Source: Candidatus Nomurabacteria bacterium (GTDB taxonomy: Bacteria > Patescibacteriota > Saccharimonadia > Saccharimonadales > HK-STAS-PATE-42). From it: 64,000 bases of DNA. The position numbers and the translations under genes were made by a program. Location of the stretch: NCBI GenBank assembly GCA_023898665.1, contig CP060233.1, forward strand, positions 146,801-210,800. Reading direction: 5' to 3'. Below are positions 9,637 through 17,973 of the stretch, one piece after another. The notes below the pieces were generated by a model. It searched no databases, was not told the DNA's origin, and saw nothing but the letters and a program-made list of their open reading frames with translations. Position 1 is the stretch's first letter, and the number at the start of each line of letters is the position of its first letter.

Positions 9637-9816
9637 CTAAGATTCCTCAGGCTTATGTAATGCCCTCAGCTTCTCAAAAAGCTCCCTAACCTCTTCTCTT
9701 TCGGCTCCAATAAGTGCATTGAACTCATTATCATCAAGTTCGTTATCTATATTTAGGAGACAATTGCAAAGAATCCTTAACTCATCGTTTGTGAGCTTGA
9801 TTGTATATTCGCTCAT
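9637..9816 (-). CDS. hypothetical 59-aa protein (below the ORF-track length cutoff)
   Basis: My translation is MSEYTIKLTNDELRILCNCLLNIDNELDDNEFNALIGAEREEVRELFEKLRALHKPEES. TGTTATAAT lies 7 nt upstream of the ATG, and a terminator lies downstream. Confidence 0.5.
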   Translation of the reverse strand: MSEYTIKLTNDELRILCNCLLNIDNELDDNEFNALIGAEREEVRELFEKLRALHKPEES

Positions 9817-9831
9817 GTACGAGATTATAAC

Positions 9832-9854
9832 AAAAAGACGCTTTCGCGTCTTTT
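9832..9854 (-). terminator. intrinsic (bidirectional) terminator
   Basis: AAAAA-GACGC-tttc-GCGTC-TTTT. Confidence 0.7.
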
Positions 9855-9867
9855 AAACATAAGCATA

Positions 9868-9878
9868 TTGGAGGGCCA
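9868..9878 (-). repeat. copy of the tRNA-Lys 3' end, att-like, copy 2
   Basis: Plus strand TTGGAGGGCCA is identical to 11103-11113. It is followed by ATCGT. Confidence 0.7.
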
Positions 9879-9887
9879 TCGTCTACA

Positions 9888-10301
9888 TTATAGCGACTGA
9901 GACTCGGCACTCCGAGTCGCTTCACCATGTAATATAAAATCTAATCTTGCATTTGTATACTGTTCCATGCCTGAGACCTCCGTGATGTCCATTTCATATA
10001 GTCCAACGTGTTCAGTTTTTATAGATGCTTCTCCGAAGACCTTTGTAAATAAATCGAGGCTTTCTCTACTTATGATGGAAGCAGTTATGCGTTGAATTCT
10101 TCTCTCCACGGCCACTTCCCTTGCTTTTTGAAGCACAGCCTGGCCAATGCCATTCCTGCGTATAACACTGCTTACAAAAACACTCGATACCGACATTCTT
10201 TCACCATCCAAAGAAAAAGTGAGCAGAGCATTAGCATGTTCGTGACGTAGCCTCACACTTCTTTCATCTACCACATCGAGAACAATATCAAATTCTGCCA
10301 T
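9888..10301 (-). CDS. GNAT family N-acetyltransferase
   Basis: RRNGIGQAVLQKAREVA matches the acetyl-CoA-binding R/Q-x-x-G-x-G/A motif. The ORF track starts at a GTG at 10307; I prefer the ATG at 10301, which lies 6 nt after TGGTATCAT. Confidence 0.7.
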   Translation of the reverse strand: MAEFDIVLDVVDERSVRLRHEHANALLTFSLDGERMSVSSVFVSSVIRRNGIGQAVLQKAREVAVERRIQRITASIISRESLDLFTKVFGEASIKTEHVGLYEMDITEVSGMEQYTNARLDFILHGEATRSAESQSL

Positions 10302-10367
10302 AAACACATGATACCAAAACAGAAGTGAATCACTTAGAGCATGCGAGACTAGAACTTTTTAACAGAT

Positions 10368-10395
10368 TGAAAATGCTCCTCAGATTGAGAAGCAT
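10368..10395 (-). terminator. intrinsic terminator (minus strand)
   Basis: Minus strand reads AATGCTTCTC-aatct-GAGGAGCATT followed by TTC. The stem is 9-10 bp. Confidence 0.55.
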
Positions 10396-10427
10396 TCGCG
10401 TCGCAGAAAACGTATCCGATATTCAAA

Positions 10428-10438
10428 TTGGAGGACCA
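10428..10438 (-). repeat. copy of the tRNA-Lys 3' end, att-like, copy 3 (one mismatch)
   Basis: Plus strand TTGGAGGACCA versus TTGGAGGGCCA in the tRNA. It is followed by ATTGT. Confidence 0.65.
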
Positions 10439-10455
10439 TTGTATTACTTATTGAA

Positions 10456-10971
10456 CTAGAGCTTAGCAGTGTAAATTAACTTCCCAGGAGGCGGCATGGT
10501 AAAAACCGATAATGTATGCAGAGCAAAATCACCTTCGATCTTTAGCTTAGATAATTCTTCCATCTCTTGATCTGCTAATGGTGACTTACTTCTCAGTGTG
10601 CAATGTGGCATGTATGCGAAGTTGCTATCCTGGAACTTTATTCCCGATTCAACAAATCTTTGATGCAATGATCGTACTGATGTCTCATCTTTTAATTTCA
10701 TAACAACTATGTCTGTGCCTGGGAACCTATGCACTTTATCAAAAGAGACGGTTATTGGTGGCGTGCTAGCTGCTATTTCGTCGATTGTTTTAAATAATTC
10801 GTCTGGGTCCTGGTCTTGGGCAATGCAACCAACGCCGCTTGAACCAACAATAGTTATCTCGGTAGGCATAGATGCTTGAAAATTATCCCCCTGCTCAGCT
10901 CTAACTTTACGTATTGTGCTCGCTATTGGCTCGGGAAGCTCCAAAACAATGTAGGTATCTTGATCAAACAT
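10456..10971 (-). CDS. 2H phosphoesterase-fold protein (LigT / 2'-5' RNA ligase-like), tentative
   Basis: The second HxTx motif is present (PHCTLRS). The first is ExTx (TEITIVG). The N-terminus YIVLELPEPIASTIRKVR resembles the LigT start. TGGTATGAT lies 6 nt upstream of the ATG. Confidence 0.4.
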   Translation of the reverse strand: MFDQDTYIVLELPEPIASTIRKVRAEQGDNFQASMPTEITIVGSSGVGCIAQDQDPDELFKTIDEIAASTPPITVSFDKVHRFPGTDIVVMKLKDETSVRSLHQRFVESGIKFQDSNFAYMPHCTLRSKSPLADQEMEELSKLKIEGDFALHTLSVFTMPPPGKLIYTAKL

Positions 10972-11040
10972 AGTATTATCATACCAAAAAAGAGGTAGAT
11001 TGATTAGGGCAAACGAGACTCTAACTAGACTAACAGATAC

Positions 11041-11067
11041 AAAAACACCTTCAGTAATTGAAAGGTG
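11041..11067 (-). terminator. intrinsic terminator downstream of tRNA-Lys
   Basis: Minus strand reads CACCTT-tcaattactg-AAGGTG followed by TTTTT. Confidence 0.7.
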
Positions 11068-11103
11068 TTAGGTGCGAACCAATTTTGATCTGATAAATAC
11101 TTT

Positions 11104-11180
11104 TGGAGGGCCAGGCGGGACTCGAACCCGCGACATTCTGCTTAAGAGGCAGACGCTCTAACCAGCTGAGCTACTGGCCC
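11104..11180 (-). tRNA. tRNA-Lys (anticodon CTT), CCA encoded
   Basis: The reverse complement GGGCCAGTAGCTCAGCTGGTTAGAGCGTCTGCCTCTTAAGCAGAATGTCGCGGGTTCGAGTCCCGCCTGGCCCTCCA folds as a 77-nt cloverleaf. It has a 7-bp acceptor stem, a GTTCGAGTC T-loop and the anticodon loop CTCTTAA. Confidence 0.9.
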
Positions 11181-11252
11181 GTATGCCTTTATATTCTACC
11201 TACTTTTCGCTGTTATTTCAAGGTCAAAAAAGCTATAATTAAGTATAGAATC

Positions 11253-12152
11253 ATGAAGATAATCAAAAAAAATATTGAAGGTGAAGAACCTACTTTTGAA
11301 AGGGTGGATACTTTTGTAGCTCAAAATTGTGATGGTAAGTTTAGTCGGTCTTCTGTTGGGAAGCTAATATCTCAGGGGAGGGTTAAATTAAATGGCGAAG
11401 TTGTAAAATCTAAGGCTCTAAAGTTGACGAATGGAGATGTGGTTGAGGTATATTATCAAGATCCAGTTGCGGATGAAGATCTAAGGATTTTGTATGAGAG
11501 CGATGATGAGATCGTTATCAGTAAACCGGCCGGTATGCTCTCTCACGCCAAGGGTCCGATTAGTGGTGAAGTTAATGTGGCGGACTGGTTACAGCCCAAG
11601 ACCACTGATCTTAATGTTCAGAGAAGTGGGATTGTTCATCGTTTGGATAGAGCTACAAGTGGGGTGATGATCTTGGCTAAGAATCCGGAGTCTAAAAGCT
11701 GGCTGATGAGGCAATTTAGTGATAGGAATGTACACAAAAAGTACTTGGCTATTATCGAAGGTGTGCCAGATCAGAAGAAGTTTAGAATTGACATGCCAAT
11801 TGGCAGAAACCCTAAAAAGCTAACTACTTTCTATGTGACGGAGAGTGGACGGGAGGCTAAGACAGATGTTGAGGTTTTGAGTACAAATGGAAAAGAGAGT
11901 CTGGTATTACTCTCTCCAAAAACTGGACGGACTCATCAACTTAGGGTACATATGTGGGCTAATGGCTGGCCGATCTTAGGTGATCCTTTTTATAATGAAG
12001 TTTTTAAGGACGGTCAGGAGTTGATGCTGCATGCGAATAGTTTGACTATCCAGACTAGTGATAAGGAATGGCGAGTGTTTAGTGCTCCTATTCCCTCTTA
12101 CTTTTTGGATAAGCTTGTTGAACTTAACCTTAAATTACCTGATTTGAATTAG
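11253..12152 (+). CDS. rluD: RluA-family 23S rRNA pseudouridine synthase with N-terminal S4 domain (RluD-like)
   Basis: Contains HRLDRATSGVMILAKN (catalytic Asp motif) and RTHQLRVH. The ORF-track start at 11103 overlaps the tRNA; the ATG at 11253 (MKIIKKNIEG) is the plausible start. Confidence 0.8.
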   Translation: MKIIKKNIEGEEPTFERVDTFVAQNCDGKFSRSSVGKLISQGRVKLNGEVVKSKALKLTNGDVVEVYYQDPVADEDLRILYESDDEIVISKPAGMLSHAKGPISGEVNVADWLQPKTTDLNVQRSGIVHRLDRATSGVMILAKNPESKSWLMRQFSDRNVHKKYLAIIEGVPDQKKFRIDMPIGRNPKKLTTFYVTESGREAKTDVEVLSTNGKESLVLLSPKTGRTHQLRVHMWANGWPILGDPFYNEVFKDGQELMLHANSLTIQTSDKEWRVFSAPIPSYFLDKLVELNLKLPDLN

Positions 12153-12184
12153 TACTTCCATCACCCTCTCCTTGACGAGGAAAG

Positions 12185-13132
12185 GTGGCAAAAAGAATCA
12201 GGTCCTTACAGAGCTTCGCACGCATTAAGACCTCAGAAGACATCTTGTTTGACTTAACTTTAGAGTTCGGACGTTTAGCTTTGGGTGATAGAATTAGAGG
12301 TATGATGTTGTTTGGAGAGCGGGACAAGAGGCTGCTAGAGGGTTTTTTTAATACTCCTGCTCAGGGGACTTTAGTCGTGCGTCAAGGTGGTTTTAGTAGG
12401 AATGAAGAAGAGTTGCTTGCTGATATATTTTTAGACAAGCAGAAGGGTAATCTGTACCTCTTAAGTTTAGAAGATGGCAAAAAAGGCGTTGGCATTGAGC
12501 AGGTGCGTAAGCTGGCAGCTGCTTTAAGTACTTTATCTAGAAGTGGAGAGAGACGGCTTGTAATAGTCAGTGATAGACATGCCTTTGGAGTACAAGCACA
12601 AAATACCTTTTTAAAAATTTTAGAAGAGCCTCCAGTAGGGGTATATTTTCTGTTATTAGCAAGTGGTCCGGATTCTTTTTTGCCAACTATTTCATCTAGA
12701 TCTCAGATCATTAGGTTGAATGGACCAAACGAAGAAGAGGTGCTTGAATATTTAATTAAAGAAGCGGGCCTTAATGAACCTGAGGCAAAAATGCTCTATT
12801 TGCAGGCTGGAGGAAATCCGGCAGAGATTTTAAGGTTAGTCAGCGACGATTTTGCTAGAAAAAAAAGTTTAGAAGAGCTTAGTTTAGCCAAAAAATTTTT
12901 AATTCAAAACAGCTATGATAGACTAGTGCTACTGAAGAATTATCAGAATGCAGGTAAGCGAGATGAAGCGGTTAGTTTTTTAAAAAGTTTGCTGGTTGTT
13001 TTGGAGCTTGCCTCAAAGAAGGACGCTAAAGAAGCTTTAAGGTGGTCTAGTCTGGCTGAAAAAGTTGAGAAGTCGTTAGTTAATATAAATCTAAATGCGA
13101 ACTCTAAAGTTGAGCTATTAAGTTTAGTTTAA
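12185..13132 (+). CDS. holB: DNA polymerase III delta' subunit-like clamp-loader protein
   Basis: QNTFLKILEEPP and the TISSRSQ (SRC-like) motif. An alternative start at the ATG at 12302 follows AGAGG. Confidence 0.7.
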   Translation: MAKRIRSLQSFARIKTSEDILFDLTLEFGRLALGDRIRGMMLFGERDKRLLEGFFNTPAQGTLVVRQGGFSRNEEELLADIFLDKQKGNLYLLSLEDGKKGVGIEQVRKLAAALSTLSRSGERRLVIVSDRHAFGVQAQNTFLKILEEPPVGVYFLLLASGPDSFLPTISSRSQIIRLNGPNEEEVLEYLIKEAGLNEPEAKMLYLQAGGNPAEILRLVSDDFARKKSLEELSLAKKFLIQNSYDRLVLLKNYQNAGKRDEAVSFLKSLLVVLELASKKDAKEALRWSSLAEKVEKSLVNINLNANSKVELLSLV

Positions 13133-13881
13133 GGTTTTACGCAAATATGTAGGCATTGGTTTTGACTGCCGGCGTACTCTAAGATGACATTCGCCTTCCC
13201 GCTTGCGTGTAGCTCTTGGGCAGTTTCTACAAGTAGATCGGTAAGTTGTTTGTTGTAAGGCTTCGATGTCCTAAGGGTATGCATTTTGCTTCCGCCAATT
13301 TTGATTAGATTTTCGGTATTTTGTTGGATAATATCGGGGTTTCTTCTTGGATCAGCTACTGAAAAAAAGTTGTCGCCCTCTTTTATGTAGTAGGAGCTTG
13401 CATCAATATCGAAGGTATAGCCGGTTGCATGGGTGCCTTCTGAGTTCAAGATCTTGCCTGGAGTTTTTAATAACTCTTTCTTATAGTCTTCGGAGCACAC
13501 CAAAAAAGTTAGTGGCAATAGTACGTTCGAATACCCGTTTTTATACTTGCTTCTTACTTTGGAACGCCAAATCGAAGCGAGTTCATCGAGAACCTTTTTT
13601 GCCTCAGGTCTTAAGTAGGGTGGATATTGTAGGTCTGTATCAGGGTTTAGGAGTCTAGTAATTGGTCTATAGTCTTTTGTCTCTCCTATCTTTACTAGTT
13701 CTCTTTTTTGGAAAGCGACTTGAATGTCTTGATTGGTTTGGTAACGTGGAGTTTGTTTATGCCAGTTTAACTCTTGTTTGCTGTCTTGTTCAATTTGGAG
13801 TTGGTCTTTTTTGGTGACCTCAGTCTGTGACTTTTGGACTAGTTTTCTTTTGGGTCTCAGGTTAGAGATTTTTTTAAACAT
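13129..13881 (-). CDS. hypothetical protein, possible LAS/M15-like metallopeptidase fold
   Basis: GTHATGYTFDID resembles the S-x-H-x-x-G-x-A-x-D zinc motif of VanY/M15 peptidases, and a C-terminal CLHIC His is present. The call is weak. Confidence 0.35.
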   Translation of the reverse strand: MFKKISNLRPKRKLVQKSQTEVTKKDQLQIEQDSKQELNWHKQTPRYQTNQDIQVAFQKRELVKIGETKDYRPITRLLNPDTDLQYPPYLRPEAKKVLDELASIWRSKVRSKYKNGYSNVLLPLTFLVCSEDYKKELLKTPGKILNSEGTHATGYTFDIDASSYYIKEGDNFFSVADPRRNPDIIQQNTENLIKIGGSKMHTLRTSKPYNKQLTDLLVETAQELHASGKANVILEYAGSQNQCLHICVKP

Positions 13882-13919
13882 AGGCTTTTTATAAGTCTAG
13901 GGTATGATGTATGTTTTTT

Positions 13920-14630
13920 CTAGAGGGCTCTTTCTAGTAGTTCGCCAGTGGTTTTGACGAGCCTCATTACTTGAGCGTAGCTTTGTCGAGTTGGGCCAAG
14001 AACTCCAATATAGCTGTTTTTAGAATAAGGGCTGTTAAATTTAGATATTATCAGACTGCATCCACTCGCTCCTCCAATGGGGTTTTCGGAGCCGATATAG
14101 ACACTAAGTGGCTCGCCGGGTGCGGCTTCACGCATCCAGGGTTCTAGGTTATCTAGAAGTTTGGCCACTTCCCGCACTCCTTCCCCACGGGCAAATTCTG
14201 GTTGAGCGAAGAGATTGGAGAGACCACTTAAGTACAGATTGTCACCAATAGTTGCTAAACCTAAGTTTTGGGTTAGTTCAACGAGTGTATCAACGGCGTT
14301 TTTAATGGTAGTTTCTGGTAGGCTTTTAGAATGGATCCTCCCTTCTAGAGCTCTCTTTGTGTGAGGACCTAGCTGTTTCTGGATATTGTCCCCTTCTTCG
14401 CCTTGAACTGTATTGACGTAAAATCTATATCCTTTGTCAGTTGGTATTCTACCTGAAGAGGTGTGGGTCTGAGTTAGGTAGCCGAGGTCTTCGAGTTCGG
14501 CCATATCGGCTCGAATAGTTGCCGGGGATACGCCAAAAAGTTTGGCAAGGGTAATTGATCCTACAGGGGATGCTATCTCCGCATATTGTTCTACAATACT
14601 GGTAAGAATTTGCTCTTGACGGGGTGTCAT
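13920..14630 (-). CDS. hrcA: heat-inducible transcription repressor HrcA (short form, 236 aa)
   Basis: N-terminal winged helix LTPRQEQILTSIVEQYAEIASPVGSITLAKLFGVSPATIRADMAELEDLGYLTQTHTSSGRIPTDKGYRFYV. Confidence 0.85.
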   Translation of the reverse strand: MTPRQEQILTSIVEQYAEIASPVGSITLAKLFGVSPATIRADMAELEDLGYLTQTHTSSGRIPTDKGYRFYVNTVQGEEGDNIQKQLGPHTKRALEGRIHSKSLPETTIKNAVDTLVELTQNLGLATIGDNLYLSGLSNLFAQPEFARGEGVREVAKLLDNLEPWMREAAPGEPLSVYIGSENPIGGASGCSLIISKFNSPYSKNSYIGVLGPTRQSYAQVMRLVKTTGELLERAL

Positions 14631-14656
14631 GATACCTGTTTATTATACAGATATAA

Positions 14657-14683
14657 TTGGCGTTTAAGCAAGCAGAGTGCTAG
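14657..14683 (-). promoter_or_regulatory. degenerate CIRCE-like element over the hrcA -35 region
   Basis: Minus strand reads CTAGCACTC-TGCTTGCTT-AAACGCCAA versus the consensus TTAGCACTC-N9-GAGTGCTAA. The left arm matches 8/9 and the right arm 5/9. TTGCTT-N18-TGTATAAT follows. Confidence 0.3.
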
Positions 14684-14860
14684 TCTCGAATCTTTTTACT
14701 GTCCTGTTTGGTTCTGCCGTAGATATTCCGGCTGAGTTTGGCTTTATGTGGATAGGGATGATCCTAAGAGTTTCTGCTTCTGGGATATTTATTAGTAAAA
14801 GTTTATTGTAAAAGCTTTTTTCTAAGAACAGTGTTAAACTTAAGCAAGATATTATTTTTT

Positions 14861-15577
14861 ATGAAGTCATTTGTTAAGCCTAGAAACAAGTTAACCAAAA
14901 GAGAGTTAATTTTGGTATGTATAATTGCTTTTCTTACTTCGTTATTATTGTTAGTTAGTCTTGCTTTTTTAATTTTGAGGTCCACTGGTTTAAAGTTAAG
15001 ATCTGAGAATACTCAGTTAGGCGATAAGGTAGTTAGCTTGCAGGGTGATCTTAAAGATATTGGCGAGAGACTCTCTGGTCTGTCTAGTAAAAATTCTGAT
15101 ACTGCTAGTACTGAACCAGGTCTTGTGTTGAATAGAATTGGTTTGACAGCAGTTCCGGGAGATACTCAGTTGACGGTTGATACGCCAGAGGGGTGGGAGC
15201 TAGTTGGTCAAAATAGGTTAAAGTCTGGAGAGTCCACTGTTTCTGCTCAGTCGGAAAGTATCGATTTGTTTAGTGTGCCTAACTATAAAGCAACTAGAAC
15301 TATTGAGTCTTTTCAGACTAGATCTGGGCAAACGGCATTTTTAGTCTTTATACAAGTCAGTTCAGAAAACAAGGGTTACTTAAGCGTTAGCTTCTGTAAT
15401 CCGGAGACTGGATCGGCATGCTCTTATAGAGGGGATGATGGAAAGTATGTCTTTGTTTTAGCCCATGCCATAAAAGAAGGTGATCAGTTTGTACGTGACA
15501 TGGACTTTAATTCTGCTGAGGGAATTAAACTTTTGACAGATTTCAAAATAATGATGAAGGGCTTAGAGATCAGCTAA
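14861..15577 (+). CDS. hypothetical membrane-anchored protein
   Basis: MKSFVKPRNKLTKRELILVCIIAFLTSLLLLVSLAFLIL signal-anchor. The ORF-track start at 14831 is also possible. Confidence 0.55.
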   Translation: MKSFVKPRNKLTKRELILVCIIAFLTSLLLLVSLAFLILRSTGLKLRSENTQLGDKVVSLQGDLKDIGERLSGLSSKNSDTASTEPGLVLNRIGLTAVPGDTQLTVDTPEGWELVGQNRLKSGESTVSAQSESIDLFSVPNYKATRTIESFQTRSGQTAFLVFIQVSSENKGYLSVSFCNPETGSACSYRGDDGKYVFVLAHAIKEGDQFVRDMDFNSAEGIKLLTDFKIMMKGLEIS

Positions 15578-16022
15578 AGAGTTTTTCCATAATCCTTCTA
15601 TTGTCGGACCTTTCTTTTTGGGTGAAGCCGAGTTTTCTATAGAAGTCTACTGTATCTGGGAGCGATTCTAAAAATAGCTTTATCTTCCCTTCTCTTCTAG
15701 ATTCTTCCTCGATGAGCTCCATAAGATGTCGGCCTAATCCGGCACCTCTTAGTTTTCTCGGTATAAAGACCTCTCTAACAAACGTTGCTGAAGGCTGGTC
15801 AACGGTGATGCCATAACTAGTTATGCCTCTGATGGATGCAGGTATTGACGTATCATTGGCGTAGTACATGAATCTTCGCTGTGATAGTCTGTTATCGTGC
15901 AATTGGAGGGTCCTAGGCGGGTCGATTGCTCCGATGCCGATTCCGCCGTGGACGTCAAGTAAAAGTGGAGCTGCTTGTACTGGCCATTCTGGATGAGCGT
16001 AGTTTGCCTTTTCTAAGTACAT
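15570..16022 (-). CDS. GNAT family N-acetyltransferase
   Basis: RKLRGAGLGRHLMELIEEE acetyl-CoA-binding motif. Length 150 aa. Confidence 0.75.
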   Translation of the reverse strand: MYLEKANYAHPEWPVQAAPLLLDVHGGIGIGAIDPPRTLQLHDNRLSQRRFMYYANDTSIPASIRGITSYGITVDQPSATFVREVFIPRKLRGAGLGRHLMELIEEESRREGKIKLFLESLPDTVDFYRKLGFTQKERSDNRRIMEKLFS

Positions 16023-16038
16023 AGAAAAAAGTATGAAT

Positions 16039-17934
16039 TTAGTTCAGTAGGACTTCTTTAGGGGCTTTGGCATCTTGTAGTATTTTATTGACTTCGTCTT
16101 CGTCTAAGGTCTCTTTTTTGATTAGCTCATCCTTTAAGGTGTCAAGATATTTATGGTTTGCAACAATTACTTTTCTAGCTCTTTCCGTAGCTTCATCAAC
16201 TAGTTTTTGGACTTCTTCATCAATTATTTCTGCAGTTTTTCCAGAGTATTGTGTGTGACCTCCGGCCATCATCCCGGAAGTATCATATGGATGAGCTTCC
16301 TCTTTAAAGGCTAGGTTCTTTAGCTTTTTACTCATGCCGTACTCCACTACATAGCTTCGGGCTATGCTGGTAACCTTCATTAGATCGTTACTCGCTCCAG
16401 TATTAATATTGCTTTCTCCGTATATAACTTCTTCAGCGACTCTTCCGCCAAGTGCTTGAGCTAGGAGGTCTTTAATGTCCTTAGCGCTTTGGTGATGTTT
16501 GTCGTCTTGAGGAAGGCTCCAGGTTATCCCGGCTGCCCCCCCTCTAGGTAGTATGGTAATTTTGTGGATAGGATCAGAATTAGGAAGAACGTGTCCAACA
16601 AGTGCGTGGCCACCTTCGTGATAAGCGGTGATCTCTTTGTCTTTATCGGTCATTGGAGAGTTCTTGCGTTCTGGTCCTATGGCAACACGTTCAAATGCTT
16701 CTGTTACGTCGTTGTTTTGAATTGTTTTTGATTTTCTTCTTGCGGCAATTATTGCAGATTCATTAGCGAGGTTGGCGAGGTCTGCTCCGCTCATACCGGC
16801 AGTTTTTTTGCTTAGTGCTGCTAGATCGACATTTGAGTCTAGAGGTTTGCCCTCAAAGTGGACGTTTAAGATGGCTTGACGATCTGGTCTTTCTGGCAAT
16901 GGGATGTGGACTCTTCTATCAAAACGTCCTGGCCTTAGGAGTGCTGGGTCAAGCACATCGGCTCTGTTGGTTGCGGCAAGTACGATGACATTTTCGCCTC
17001 CTTCAAAGCCATCCATTTCTACTAAGATTTGGTTGAGGGTCTGTTCACGTTCGTCGTGACCTCCTCCAGTACCTGAGCCACGACGTCGTCCTACGGCATC
17101 AATTTCGTCGATAAAGATAATACATGGTGCATTCTTTTTGGCTTTGGCAAAGAGATCTCTAACGCGGCTTGCACCAACACCTACGAACATTTCAACAAAC
17201 TCTGAGCCTGAAATTGAAAAGAATGGGACATCAGCTTCGCCAGCGACTGCTTTAGCGAGCATGGTTTTACCAGTACCTGGGTCTCCCACCAATAAAACTC
17301 CTTTAGGGATTTTAGCGCCAAGTTGTTTGAACCTTTTTGGGAACTTAAGGAACTCAACAACTTCTGATAGATCCTGCTTAGCGTTATCGTTTCCGGCAAT
17401 ATCATCAAACTTAACTTTCTTTTTGTCTGCTCCATACAGTTTGGCCTTGCTTTTACCGAACATGGCCGCCTGATTGCCCTGGTTACCTGCTTGACGAGCG
17501 ATAAAGTAGAAGAATCCTACAAAAATAAGAACTGGTAGGGCAATGTTTATTATTAAGTCTATTGCTGTTGAATTACTATTCGACTGATTCTTGGCAGTAT
17601 ATTCGACCTTGCTTATATCCAGTCCTTGCTCTTTGGCACTAGCTCCAGTGGGAAGTATTGCAAATTTGCTTGGCTTGTCTTCATTTTTTTGAGTTATTAA
17701 GAGTTTTTGACCATCTTCTTTTATTTTAGAAACCCGATTGTTGTTTACGTCATCTACAAGGGTGCTAAACGGGATCTCATCTTCTTTTTTTAGTCCGTCT
17801 TTATTGATATTGCCACCAACTAGTGCGAGACCAACTAAAATTACAAGAGTAACTGTTAGAAATGTTCTAATTCGATTTGATCTTTTAGGGCTTTTGCCCC
17901 CCCTCATTGGTAATTGTGGTTTTTTTGGTTTCAT
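16039..17934 (-). CDS. ftsH: ATP-dependent zinc metalloprotease FtsH
   Basis: Walker A GDPGTGKT, second region of homology, HEGGHA zinc motif and two N-terminal TM helices. Confidence 0.97.
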   Translation of the reverse strand: MKPKKPQLPMRGGKSPKRSNRIRTFLTVTLVILVGLALVGGNINKDGLKKEDEIPFSTLVDDVNNNRVSKIKEDGQKLLITQKNEDKPSKFAILPTGASAKEQGLDISKVEYTAKNQSNSNSTAIDLIINIALPVLIFVGFFYFIARQAGNQGNQAAMFGKSKAKLYGADKKKVKFDDIAGNDNAKQDLSEVVEFLKFPKRFKQLGAKIPKGVLLVGDPGTGKTMLAKAVAGEADVPFFSISGSEFVEMFVGVGASRVRDLFAKAKKNAPCIIFIDEIDAVGRRRGSGTGGGHDEREQTLNQILVEMDGFEGGENVIVLAATNRADVLDPALLRPGRFDRRVHIPLPERPDRQAILNVHFEGKPLDSNVDLAALSKKTAGMSGADLANLANESAIIAARRKSKTIQNNDVTEAFERVAIGPERKNSPMTDKDKEITAYHEGGHALVGHVLPNSDPIHKITILPRGGAAGITWSLPQDDKHHQSAKDIKDLLAQALGGRVAEEVIYGESNINTGASNDLMKVTSIARSYVVEYGMSKKLKNLAFKEEAHPYDTSGMMAGGHTQYSGKTAEIIDEEVQKLVDEATERARKVIVANHKYLDTLKDELIKKETLDEDEVNKILQDAKAPKEVLLN

Positions 17935-17973
17935 TTAAAATCCTCTATTGTTCTTATCAAGCACTCTAATGTG

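Larger units (their letters stand above)
9609..11113 (-). mobile_element. putative array of three miniature single-gene insertion cassettes at the tRNA-Lys 3' end
   Basis: Four direct copies of the tRNA 3'-terminal 10-11-mer delimit intervals of about 260, 560 and 675 bp. Each interval holds a terminator, an extended -10 box and one ORF. No recombinase is present in the window. Confidence 0.4.

Noticed and set aside
9483-9689. The GGAGG within the repeated TTGGAGGGCCAT motif, considered as a Shine-Dalgarno sequence for plus-strand small ORFs (e.g. the track ORF 9483-9689).
   Set aside because: Only copy 1 is followed by a usable start (GTG), and spacing to the ATT or ATC codons in the other copies is only 3 nt. 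The motif is explained better by its exact identity to the tRNA-Lys 3' end.
9637-10307. The GNAT plus the adjacent 59-aa ORF, considered as a GNAT-toxin/antitoxin (TacT/AtaT-like) pair.
   Set aside because: The small ORF lies downstream of the GNAT rather than upstream. It is separated from it by a terminator and has its own promoter. I see no RHH or DUF1778-like features. No evidence supports a toxin-antitoxin operon.
11103-11252. N-terminal 50 codons of the track ORF 11103-12152 (MEGQAGLEPATFCLRGRRSNQLSYW...).
   Set aside because: This stretch is the antisense translation of the tRNA-Lys gene and its flank. The pseudouridine synthase homology and a plausible ATG begin at 11253.
14831-14860. 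The upstream start of the 14831-15577 ORF, and the small minus-strand ORFs 12130-12327 and 14803-14985.
   Set aside because: The ATG at 14861 directly precedes the signal-anchor sequence. The minus-strand ORFs lie in AT-rich promoter DNA or overlap better-supported genes and have no start signals.
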